NCBI RefSeq assembly: GCF_001194135.2
Contig: NC_068986.1
Coordinates: forward strand, 74,395,148 to 74,433,878
Length of the DNA: 38,731 nt
Direction: 5' to 3'
Origin: Octopus bimaculoides
Lineage: Eukaryota
Under the pieces are notes generated by a model. That model saw nothing but the letters and a program-made list of their open reading frames with translations, did not search any database and had not been told where the DNA came from. Position numbers and translations under genes: made by a program. Below, in pieces: positions 1-10,609 of the stretch (positions within the stretch are counted from its first letter, which is position 1; every line of letters starts with the position of its first letter).

Positions 1-83
1 TATATATATATATATATATGTATATATATGTATGTATATATATATATCGATAGATAGATAGATAGATAGATTTTAAGTCAGAT

Positions 84-190
84 TCTTATTCTATCAGTCT
101 CATTTTGTTGAACTGCTAAATTATGAATATGCAAATAAATGAACATCAGTTGTCAAGTAGTTGTGGGGGTATAGATAGAACACAAAAGCA
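84..190 (-). mobile_element. Degenerate 3' half of SINE family A
   Basis: ttattctatcagtctcattttgttgaactgctaa...gttgtcaag is the reverse complement of the family A 3' module (ttagcggttcggcaaaagagaccgatagaataag) seen at 31.2 and 32.9 kb. Confidence 0.65.
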
Positions 191-369
191 CATTCATACA
201 TGTACGCACATTCATATACATGCATACATACATGTATCATCAACATCATCAACGTTAGATTTAATGTCTGTTTTCCATCTTGCATGCGTTGGATGGCTTG
301 ATAAGAACTGGCAAGGTTATGCACCACACCAAGTTTCATAGTCTGTTTTACATATAAGCATATATTATA

Positions 370-608
370 ATCATCATCATCACATTTATTTAATGTCTGT
401 TGTCCATGTTGGCATGGGTTGGACAGTTTGACCAGAGCTTGTAAGCTGAGGGGCTGCACCAAATTCCTGTCTGATTTGGTATGGCTTCTATAACTGGATG
501 CTCTTCTTAATGCCAACCACTCCAAGTATGTAATGGGTGCCTTTCACATGCTGCCAGCTGTGTGACACCAGTATCTGCCACAACTGCAGTTACACTTGGC
601 TTGATGAG
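370..608 (-). mobile_element. Non-autonomous RTE-type retroposon (family E), copy 1
   Basis: (CAT)n tail, then tttaatgtc..tccatg..ggcatgggttgg, and the core ggatgctcttcttaatgccaaccac shared with the other E copies. Confidence 0.8.
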
Positions 609-616
609 TATATATA

Positions 617-1122
617 TCATTATCATCATCATTTAACGTCCGCTTTCCATGCTGGTATGGGTTGGATGGTTTGACTGAGGACTGGCAAGCCAGGTGGCTG
701 CACCAGGTTCCATTCTGATCTGGCAGAGTTTCCACAGCTGGATGCCCTTCCTAACACCAACCACTCCAAGAGTGTAGTGGGTGCTTTTTACGTGCCACCG
801 ACATGAGGACCAGTCAGGTGGTACTGGCGATGGCCATGCTGAAATGGTGTTTTTTATGTGCCACCTGCACAGGAACCAGTCCAGTGGCACTGGCAACGAC
901 CTCGCTTGAATGTTGTTTTTCATGTGCTACCAGCACAAGTGCCAGTAAGGTGACGCTGGTAATGATCACGCTCAAATGGTGCTTTTTACATGCCACCAAC
1001 ATGGGAGCCAGTCAGCAACTCTGGCAATGATCCCGCTCGGATGGTGCTTTAGCGTTCCTCTGGCACAAGTGCCAGTCAGACGGTGCTGTCATCGGCTACA
1101 TCAGTGAATTTGATTTTGAATT
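617..1122 (-). mobile_element. Family E copy 2, with a 66-bp tandem array in its 5' part
   Basis: catcatcatttaacgtccgctttccatgctgg tail; core cagctggatgcccttcctaacaccaaccac; repeat units start at 780, 846, 912, 978 and 1043. Confidence 0.85.
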
Positions 1123-2067
1123 NNNNNNNNNNNNNNNNNNNNNNNNNNNNNNNNNNNNNNNNNNNNNNNNNNNNNNNNNNNNNNNNNNNNNNNNNNNNNN
1201 NNNNNNNNNNNNNNNNNNNNNNNNNNNNNNNNNNNNNNNNNNNNNNNNNNNNNNNNNNNNNNNNNNNNNNNNNNNNNNNNNNNNNNNNNNNNNNNNNNNN
1301 NNNNNNNNNNNNNNNNNNNNNNNNNNNNNNNNNNNNNNNNNNNNNNNNNNNNNNNNNNNNNNNNNNNNNNNNNNNNNNNNNNNNNNNNNNNNNNNNNNNN
1401 NNNNNNNNNNNNNNNNNNNNNNNNNNNNNNNNNNNNNNNNNNNNNNNNNNNNNNNNNNNNNNNNNNNNNNNNNNNNNNNNNNNNNNNNNNNNNNNNNNNN
1501 NNNNNNNNNNNNNNNNNNNNNNNNNNNNNNNNNNNNNNNNNNNNNNNNNNNNNNNNNNNNNNNNNNNNNNNNNNNNNNNNNNNNNNNNNNNNNNNNNNNN
1601 NNNNNNNNNNNNNNNNNNNNNNNNNNNNNNNNNNNNNNNNNNNNNNNNNNNNNNNNNNNNNNNNNNNNNNNNNNNNNNNNNNNNNNNNNNNNNNNNNNNN
1701 NNNNNNNNNNNNNNNNNNNNNNNNNNNNNNNNNNNNNNNNNNNNNNNNNNNNNNNNNNNNNNNNNNNNNNNNNNNNNNNNNNNNNNNNNNNNNNNNNNNN
1801 NNNNNNNNNNNNNNNNNNNNNNNNNNNNNNNNNNNNNNNNNNNNNNNNNNNNNNNNNNNNNNNNNNNNNNNNNNNNNNNNNNNNNNNNNNNNNNNNNNNN
1901 NNNNNNNNNNNNNNNNNNNNNNNNNNNNNNNNNNNNNNNNNNNNNNNNNNNNNNNNNNNNNNNNNNNNNNNNNNNNNNNNNNNNNNNNNNNNNNNNNNNN
2001 NNNNNNNNNNNNNNNNNNNNNNNNNNNNNNNNNNNNNNNNNNNNNNNNNNNNNNNNNNNNNNNNNNN

Positions 2068-2136
<69 letters not shown>

Positions 2137-2239
2137 TATATGTATATTAAATGAAATTTGTAGTATTATATATCCATTATCGCTGATCTTACTTATTGGT
2201 TTTGCACTAGGGCTTCAACACAGTCTTAGGTAAGAGTCT

Positions 2240-4040
2240 GATTATGTAATCCTGTGCTCTTCAGAGATGGCTATTAGGGAATGAAATATGGCGACTGCTC
2301 TCTATTGTTGGATGTGAACAGACACATCCAGTTTGTGGTTGCTGTGAAAAAGACAATGAAATGAACTGAGCAAGGGTTAATTTTAGAGTTATGTCCCTCA
2401 GTACCAAAGCACCATCTCTGAGAATGTTGCAAGATGACAAGAGTTTTGTGGAAAAGAGTGTATAGTAAATGTATGTATGTTTTAGGGTTGGTGTGCTTGT
2501 AGAAATGGGATGTGTGTAGTGGTACTCTATGTTCAGTGTTTTCGGGAGGGGTATGTGCCCAAGGGCTGCACACATATTTGTGTTCTTTAATGTTTCTTTG
2601 TTTATATTATACACGTATGTGCGTAAATAAATACACACACTACACACATACACTTGCACATAGATCCTCGTCGTTATTTTTAGGATTACTTCTTCCATGC
2701 CGATTGAGATTGGATAAACTTCCTGAGGCTGTTTTCTGTAACCAGATGTCCTTCTTATCATCTACATTTTCTCTGTTGTTTCTTTTTTTGTGGTAAGGTA
2801 CATTTTATTCCACTTAAAGTCTCGCCATACCATCAGCAGAGTTCTGCAGTTCTGTGATTCTCTTCATGAGAACAGCTTTGTTAATGAAGAACTGTTTGGC
2901 AAAATGTGGCCTTCTTTCTGTTCTGTTTGTTTGTTTATCAATTCCCATTAGTTTTGTTTGGCAGTAATGTTGGAGTAACACATTCAAACAACTGGCATAC
3001 AGTTTATACTTAACATTGCGTGTTGTGGATCAGTTGTGTTTCTTTTTTGCCATGTGTCGCTTGGTTCTTAAGTGTGGGTGTTGTCTTTGCAATTGTGAAT
3101 CAGTCTGGCACAACTGGTTCAGCATCTATTACTCTATTAGATAAGCTGACAAAAGTTTCTATGTAGAATGTCAGCTCCTTGTACAAATATCAAACTATCA
3201 AGTTTGTACTAGATAATTTTTCCTTTTGCTAGTTTTGCAGTAACCATCAAAAGTGGTCATGTTATGTTTTTGGAGGAGAGATATTTACACAAAACTCGCT
3301 CTGTAATTCATTTAACTGCAATGTATTGCAGTTGTGGCATATGTTTATATTTTAGACTCACCACCACCACCTGCCACCACCTGAAAATGACTCTTAGATC
3401 ATGTTGAGGAAAAACATTTACAATCTTGATGACACCAACTACATTCTTGTAATAGTTTACAATGATGAAGCTTTTTGACTATAACTCTTAAATCATTTGT
3501 AAGGGCAAATTAATTTACTCATGAATGTCTTCTGTTGACAGTTCCTGTACATTTTGGATAATTTATCATAAATTCAGAGTGGTCTGTGAATTCATTATTC
3601 AATTCGCACCTAATAATAGCATCCACTTGTCCAATATCTGCTGTTGATGTTTTCTTTGGAGTGAGAGAAAATTCATTTCATTTTGTGTTGTTATTTCAGC
3701 TGGTCTTTGTTACTCCCATTTGTTAATGAATGGTAATTGTATCACAGCAGGACATAGAATTTCCTAAAAACAGGGCGTTTCAATTTGTATTAAGTGTATT
3801 TTAGCAAGTTATTCTATCACAGATCACAAAGTCAGTAGATTTTTTAATTCACTCATAGCACAATTGTTCTTTTATTTAGCAGCTTATTGATGTAGATAGT
3901 GAAGTTCTGAAATCTTCCTGTGAGCTGTTCTTTTAGAACTGTTTGTATTCTTCACTCATTGCTATTTGTTTGCAAATGGTTACCAAATGTTTTTGTTTTT
4001 TGGTGAGGTGGTAGTGTTTTGTTTTGCTTTTAATTTTGGT
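2240..4040 (-). mobile_element. Highly degenerate non-LTR retrotransposon ORF2 remnant, probably L1/Tx1 clade
   Basis: Hand translation of the minus strand with stops and frameshifts gives TADIGQVDAII...NYPKCTG...FALTNDLRVI (about 3640-3480), resembling GIRQGDPLS...FADDL. Further on are KLLSAYLI..MLNQL (resembling KLLSLAGR..LIN) and a Cys-rich segment near 2650. Motif order fits RT followed by a C-terminal zinc knuckle. Confidence 0.5.
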
Positions 4041-4046
4041 TGTAGT

Positions 4047-4429
4047 TAATGATTTGAGCAATTTTCCAATAGCAGAATCTACTGAGCGGTTGATGCTGTT
4101 ATTTATTATATATTTTCCTAGGCAAAGCAATATATTTATTCTTAATAAACCTAGCTTGCTTCCATACATGCTTCATGCTGAAATGCAAATAGTTTGAGCA
4201 TTCCACATCCCAGAAGTACTTCATCATCCTCTGTTGTCAATAAGGAGGATGATAAAGGATTACTGGGATGTAAGATAATCAAATTATTTACATTTCAGCA
4301 CGAAACAGGAATGGCAGCAAGCTAGGTTTTGTTAAGATGAAATACAGTTTTACTCAGTAAAATACATAATAAATAACAGTATCAACAACTCGGTTGATTC
4401 TGGCCATAAGAAAATCGCTCAAATCATTA
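4047..4429. repeat. Imperfect long inverted repeat: 185-bp arms, 13-bp loop
   Basis: Left arm 4047-4231, right arm 4245-4429. Hand alignment of the inner 82 bp gives 16 mismatches (about 80% identity) and no gaps. Confidence 0.9.
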
Positions 4430-4880
4430 GCTGGATGCACAAACTCATCTGGAAATCATAGACCCTTGTCAACAAACACAAAACTCTGGATCTTTAACAT
4501 GAATCTGAAAACAGTTCTACTTATGCATGTGAAACAAAGTTCTATATCTACAAGTTCCAACAGATGTCTCCAAAACAATGGCAAGATAAAGCCTTATAGG
4601 AACAGAAAAATCAGCAGCCAATTGAAAACTGGATCAAGAAGGAGAAATGAGGTTGATGCAATAAACCTTACAGAAATCTGTTTCCAACATTACAAAGCAA
4701 GTCTCCCATGCTTCCATCTCCAAAGGGAAGCATGGGAGACCAAAAACAACATGGAGAAGGTCCATAGTAACCGAAGCACTGGAAGTGATTATATTTGGGT
4801 AAACTGCAATCTATTGCTGAAGATCAAGATTGATGGAACTCTTTTCTTTGTGCCCTATACTCCACATGAAGGGGAGTAGC
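4245..4880 (+). mobile_element. 5'-truncated, dead RTE-clade LINE (RT C-terminal region)
   Basis: Frame-shifted motifs KLIWKS, LSTNTKLWIFNMNLKTVLL, QWQDK..QQPIE, KGKHGRPKTTWRRS and WNSFLCALYST match the RTE ORF C-terminus. Confidence 0.85.
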
Positions 4881-5170
4881 GATTAGGGTATTCAGCTCAC
4901 AATTGTAAAGTTCTGAGTTCAATTCCTGGTGGCACGTTGTATTCTTGAGCAAAACACTTTACTTCACATTGCTGTAGTCCAATCAGATGGCAAAAATGAG
5001 TAGTACCTGTATTTCAAAGAGCCACCCTTGTTCCATTGTGTCACGCTGAATCTCCCTGAGAATTACATTAAAGGTATGCATGTCTGTGGAGTGCTCAGCC
5101 ACTTGCACGTTAATTTCATGTTCTTTTGATCGGATCAACTGGAGCCCTCATCGTTGTAACCGACAGAGTG
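4880..5170 (+). mobile_element. tRNA-derived CORE-like SINE (family D)
   Basis: tRNA-like head with B box gagttcaattcc, followed by ttcttgagcaaaacactttacttcacattgct, a body shared with family C. Confidence 0.7.
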
Positions 5171-5604
5171 TCATACTCCACATGAGTAATAAGACAGATG
5201 ATGAAGGAATACCTCTTCCAGTTCAATTAAGGAATGTTCTCTGGACATTTTCTAGAATTGATATGAGTTTTGATTTATTTCAAAAGTCCACTGGAATTTC
5301 TCTTGATAATTCCACAGCCTCTGATAGCTGACTCAATTTCTGGTCTTGCCATGGGCTAATGGCAGTAGTTATCCATGTGTTATCTATTAAATTAATTTCA
5401 TTGCTTCATTATTGCAATGAGCTCTAAATACAGTCCTATCTCCATTTATCCAAAGTCAACTATTTTTTTTTTTCAATAACTTTGTATTAATGGCAAAAGT
5501 TTAAGGAATGATATTCATTACATGAAAGAAAGAATATGCCAATGTCACTGACTTCAATGCCATGCTTCTGTATGAATGTATGCAAAACCGATTTTGCAAT
5601 CGTT

Positions 5605-5662
5605 TCTCTCTCTTTTATTCTCTCTCTTTCTCTCTCTCTCTCTTTCTTTCTCTGTCTCTCTG

Positions 5663-5717
<55 letters not shown>

Positions 5718-5725
5718 CTCACACA
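5605..5725. repeat. (CT)n microsatellite
   Basis: Direct sequence. Confidence 0.95.
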
Positions 5726-5769
5726 CACAAAGTAATGAAACAAATACTAACACATAAATCTACATTTGT

Positions 5770-5955
5770 AAATATCAACAAAACACACACACACACAAAT
5801 ACATGCATACACATGCATAATTACATATATGCATACATGCATTCATACACACATACCTTTATAAATACATTGACACATAATTGCAGATGCTTATATATGT
5901 ATATACACATCCACAACACACACACGCACATAACATGCACATACAAACATACATA

Positions 5956-6006
<51 letters not shown>

Positions 6007-6082
6007 TTATATATATATGCATACATGCATGCATACACACATGCTTTTATAAATACACTCACACATACATGTAGATCCTTAT

Positions 6083-6117
<35 letters not shown>

Positions 6118-6195
6118 CATATACATCCACAACACACACACATCACGCACAACACATACACATACACATTATCAAACACAGATGCCCATACACAC
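5770..6195. repeat. CA/TA-rich compound repeat containing a diverged ~190-bp tandem duplication
   Basis: tatatgcatacatgca...tttataaatacat/ac...catccacaacacacacac occurs at about 5826 and about 6014. Confidence 0.8.
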
Positions 6196-6789
6196 GAAAC
6201 ACAGATAACATTTGTTAAAGAATCAGTCATTCATTGAGTGTAGCTCCTCTCAGTTTTGTTACGCTCACGTAATCAAACATGGATTTTTGTTGTTTTTTTC
6301 TTTTTCCGCCCCTGCTGCCTTATTGAATCTCGAACCATGCACATGTGTACGTGTGTGCGATCACATGCACACTTATGCTGCAATCCTCAACAGCCACCCA
6401 CCAACACCAACAGCAGCAGCAGCTGCAGCAGCTTCTATACTGCTACCACCATCGCCATCACCACTACCAGCCAGTCACTGAAGCTGCCTTTATGGTCAGT
6501 CACATTGAATCTGCATAAACAAAAGTGCACACACAAACACTTTATTATGCACTGCTGCACTTCCCCCCTCCATTCCCCTTCCCTTTCCTTCCCATCCACA
6601 CCCCTCCCGCCTCGTTATCTCCTCCTCCTCCTCCGCTAACATAATTTACTGATATGCACCAATCAATATTCAACCGTGCATGTTTCCATGCATTTTATTT
6701 GGAAGGCGGAAGTATTCCAGTCATGACAAGAAAGAAATAAGAAGATGGTAGATAATTTCAAAATTTGTAACTTGAATGTACAAGATATT

Positions 6790-6888
6790 CATGTGTGTGT
6801 GTATGTGTCGGAAAGTGTGCATGCATGTATATATGTGTATATATGTATATACATGTGTATGTGTATATATATGTATATGTGTGTGTGC

Positions 6889-6944
<56 letters not shown>

Positions 6945-7130
6945 ATGTATATTTATGTGTGTGTATGTGCATCTGTATATATATTTTTATGTGTATATAT
7001 GTATATATGTGTGTGTGTGTGTTGTGTGTGTTTGTCTATATGAGTGTGTATGTATGAATATTTATAAAGGAATGCATGTATGAATAGTATGTTTGTATAT
7101 GTATGAGTACACACACACACACACACACAC
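6790..7130. repeat. (TA)n/(TG)n compound microsatellite
   Basis: Direct sequence. Confidence 0.95.
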
Positions 7131-7305
7131 GTTTATCTTTGTTGTTGATAATCCTGTTTGGAACAGGAAAACCCACAATTAAAGCAGAGTATTCAATTTA
7201 TTATATGAAGGAGATATATTTATTAAATAAATATATGTCCTTTTGCATGGGTGTCTGTTTGTGTATGTGTGTGCATGTGTGAGCCTATGTGTGTGTGTGT
7301 GTGTG

Positions 7306-7742
7306 GTTAGATACCTGATGTCTCTCTACATGACTGAATATTAAACAACATCTGAGAACAATGCTAACTGCAGCCAACCATTGAAGATCAAGTCCAGTAG
7401 TGCAGGCTACAGTGGTTTGGCCACATCTGCAAGATGGGCATTGGAAGACTAATACACCAACTTTTGTGGCCACAGAGACCCAACGCACTGGAGAATCCAA
7501 CACAGCACACCAAAGAAGACATGGCTGAAACAAATTGAGGAAGATTTGAAGTCGTAGAGCCTTGGCCATAAGCATGCTAAGGCAAGCATCATGGATCAGA
7601 AAACGTGGAATAACACCATCTTGAGAGTCCGTCATCCAGCTGTACCCACAACAGCATAATGGTCAAGAGGACAACCTCCTCCTCTAGTTGCCAGCTCAGG
7701 ATTAAAGAAGAAGAAGAAAAGACGAAGAAGAAGAAGAAGAAG
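7306..7742 (+). mobile_element. 3' end of a dead RTE-like LINE with (AAG)n tail
   Basis: QPTIEDQVQ*CRLQWFGHICKM..RLIHQLLW..RP and PKKTWLKQIEEDLK match the RTE C-terminal motifs RLxWFGH and KxTW. Ends in gaagaagaaga. Confidence 0.85.
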
Positions 7743-8282
7743 AATTGTGTGAGAAATAATGACATATTTCTATTTTACCTTGAATCTGATATGTTTATAA
7801 AACTGGACATATAGAAAGTCTTATTTCAAGAATCAGTTATAGTTAGATATTGATCCTAAGTAGCTTGTGAAGTTGGCAAAGATGTTGTTCGGTGTTTAGC
7901 TGCAAGTGAACCTTCCTCATGCAGTAAACCAATGGTTAAAGACATTCCAACCACAACCATTTCATATTTTATTCAGACGCAGTATATCCAACCAGAACCA
8001 TCTCAAGTTATGGCTATACTGAATCGTTGCCCAGGCGCTTCATGGGTCTAGGAGCCCGGTTCTAATATACTCATGTTGTAGCTTGCTATCAACAAGTAAA
8101 TACGATAAGGTCCAATGTATTGCTTTGCCAAGAACCCCATAATGCTGTATCTAGCCTACTGTTACTTGATGTGTTCCTCTTTTATTAATGCTAGGTTGTA
8201 TGTAATTTGAGATAGATTTTGCTGCTAATTCCAGTAGATCATGAAAACTATCAGCTTCCCCTTTAATATTGATTTTAATTTT

Positions 8283-8480
8283 GGACACAAGGCCATCAAT
8301 TTCAGGAGTGAGAGTAAGTTGATTATATTGACCCCAGTACTCAACTGGTATTAATTTTATGGACCCCAAAAGGATGAAAAGTAAAGTTGACCTCAGTGGA
8401 ATTTGAACTCAGAATGTAAAGACAGATGAAACACAGTCAAGCATTTTGCTTGGCATGCTAACCATTCAGCCAGCTTGCCA
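8283..8480 (-). mobile_element. tRNA-derived SINE family B
   Basis: Reverse complement of ggcgagctggcagaa..gttctgagttcaaattc..gcctttcatcctttcggggtcgataaaataagtaccag. Confidence 0.85.
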
Positions 8481-8489
8481 TCTGATTGG

Positions 8490-8693
8490 TTTCAAATTTT
8501 AGTACAAAACCAGCAAATTCGAGGGGAATGGGGTAAGTCGATTACATTGACTCCAGTGTTCAAGTGGTACTTACTTCATCAACCCCAAAAGGCTAAGTTA
8601 ACCTCGGTGGAATTTGAACCCAGAATGTAAAGACAGACAAAATTCCACTAAGCATTTTGTCTGGAATGTTATTGATTCTGCCAGCTTACCACC
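8490..8693 (-). mobile_element. SINE family B, head-to-tail with the previous copy
   Basis: Same head (gaatttgaacccagaa) and core (ggtacttacttcatcaaccccaaaagg). Confidence 0.85.
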
Positions 8694-9003
8694 TTTTTTT
8701 TCTCTATAAGTATTTATTCTTGCAAGTGATCTCCAAGTAACAATTTCTCTGAAGTCAGAGTAATTGTTAAGACTGATATTATTGTTTCAATGTATTTAAC
8801 ATTAAGACAAACAGTCTTTTATTGATCATATAAATCTTTTGAGTTTGTTTCAAACTAAGGGATTATATATTGATATGGGTAAATCCGGTCCAATTAGTTT
8901 TAGTGCTAGCAAGATACTATATAATGTTTTCAAATTTACCATTCCAGAATCAAATTGTACAATGCCTGAATCTTATTTGGTAGGCAGAAACATTACAGAA
9001 GAC

Positions 9004-9237
9004 AGCAAGCTGGCAGAGACGTTAGCATGCCAGGTGAAATGCTTAGCGGTATTTCGTCTGTCTTTACGTTCTGAGTTCAAATTCTGCTGAGTTTGACTTT
9101 GCCTTTCGTCCTTTCGGGGTCGATTAAATAAGTACCAGTTATGCACTGGTGTCGATATAATTGACTTAATCCATTTGTCTGTCCTTGTTTGTCCCCTCTG
9201 TGTGTAGCCCCTTGTGGGCAGTAAAGAAATAAGAAAC
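9004..9237 (+). mobile_element. SINE family B, well-preserved copy
   Basis: agcaagctggcagagacgttagc A-box-like head; gagttcaaattc B box; gcctttcgtcctttcggggtcgattaaataagtaccag core. Confidence 0.9.
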
Positions 9238-9254
9238 AGCACAGAAGCTTATTA

Positions 9255-9470
9255 GGTATTTGTGAATGTTTTTGTGTTTGTGTTTTTTCCCTCGCCACTC
9301 AGCTTGGTGCTAATTTATATCCCTGTAACTTAGCTGTTTGGCAAAAGAAACCAATATAAGTACTAGACTTAGATATTAAGTAATGGGGTTGATTTGTTTG
9401 ACTGAACCCTTCAATGTGGTGCCCTAGAATGGTCAGAGTCCTATGGCTGGAATAAATAAAAGATTTAAAA
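9255..9470 (+). mobile_element. 3' half of SINE family A abutting the B copy
   Basis: ccctgtaacttagctgtttggcaaaagaaaccaatataagtactag..ggggttgatttgtttgact. Confidence 0.8.
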
Positions 9471-9589
9471 AATAAAAATGCAATGAAGAAAAGATAACAT
9501 TAACTCTATTTTCAAAGAAGAAAAGATAACATTAATTCTTATGCAATTATGCTAAATCATAATTTAGCATAATTGACATTTTCTTCGAG

Positions 9590-9765
9590 AGGATAGTTGA
9601 TTACATCGATCCTAATGCTTGAGCGGCATTTTTATTTTCTTGACCCCAAAATAATGATAGCAAAGTTGATCTTGGTGGAATTTGAACTCAGAAGAACGTA
9701 AAGATGGATGAAATGCTGCTAAGCAATTTTGCCCTGTGTGCTAACGATTCTGCCAGCTCACCACC
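9590..9765 (-). mobile_element. SINE family B
   Basis: gaatttgaactcagaa..gctaacgattctgccagctcacc. Confidence 0.85.
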
Positions 9766-9809
9766 TAATGTGGCTGTAGAAATCTTAAAAGGATGAAACA
9801 GAAGCTATT

Positions 9810-10130
9810 CCCATCAACGGTAATCTTTATATCCAGTCATAAATCTATGGTGGGCTATCTAAAGAATTTCTTCCAAGTCCATTTCTATTTGAAATATCTT
9901 CTTGGATATCAAGGCAGCACTACTTGAACAGCAGTGTTTATGACACCAATATATTTATGGCAGGATATGCTATGATATTCTACACAAACAACATAAACAA
10001 TGTGGAAATTAATGTGGATAAAGTTTCGATATCAAGACTCAAGTGATTTATTTATAAGAAAAACTCATAAAACTTGGGAAAATACCACAAATCAAAATGA
10101 ATTCAATACTTCAGAAGCTTTATGAAGAGA
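9810..10130 (+). mobile_element. Possible ancient non-LTR RT fragment
   Basis: IPINGNLYIQS*IYGGLSKEFLPSPFLF...MAGYAMIF resembles INGxL...GLRQGCxLSPFLF...YADD, but is very diverged. Confidence 0.4.
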
Positions 10131-10578
10131 ATGGTAGAGTATATGTAACTAGACTATTGGCCACATAACTGTGGGTTCAGATCTTAGTACCCGTAAATGT
10201 TTTACCCAAAGTAAGGAATATAATTGACTGTGCCTGTCTCAATCTAATTAACTCATGTTCATCTTTATGATTAAATGGTGAGTAAATGTAGGATAAATGT
10301 ATCTAGTTCCTATGTAAAGTTATCAGGTGTTTTGAGTTTAAAGATTTGGAGGATGTGTGGTAGCTTTACCACATGCACACACACACACACACAAAATTAG
10401 TAACAAGGAGAATGGAGTAAGCAAATTATTTTATTACATAAATTTATAATTTTTTCACTGTCAGAAATATGATTTGTAAAATTGAATTCCTATTTAAATT
10501 CATATCTGGTAGTCTGTACCTGTTGATGAGCTTAAAAGAGTAAACTCCATGATTAATTCCTGAATGAAATTGCTTTAA

Positions 10579-10609
<31 letters not shown>

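Noticed and set aside
780-1122. CRISPR-like array or a Cys/Thr-rich repeat protein (ORF 803..1030)
   Set aside because: The units are diverged along their whole length with no repeat/unique-spacer alternation, there are no cas genes, and the array is part of a multi-copy eukaryotic retroposon.
1076-2150. Long 200-355 aa ORFs here and at the other N runs
   Set aside because: Artefacts of translating assembly gaps plus (TA)n/(CA)n flanks.
2261-2761. 166-aa minus ORF as a gene or as a Penelope GIY-YIG endonuclease
   Set aside because: No GIY/YIG motifs. It lies downstream of L1/Tx1-like RT motifs in a stop-ridden remnant, so a LINE C-terminus fits better.
5080-5331. 83-aa plus ORF (…DDEGIPLPVQLRNVLWTFSR…)
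   Set aside because: It starts inside SINE D and has no good acceptor. The minus strand has a weak CR1/L2-like ILENVQR motif with stops. Neither reading is supportable.
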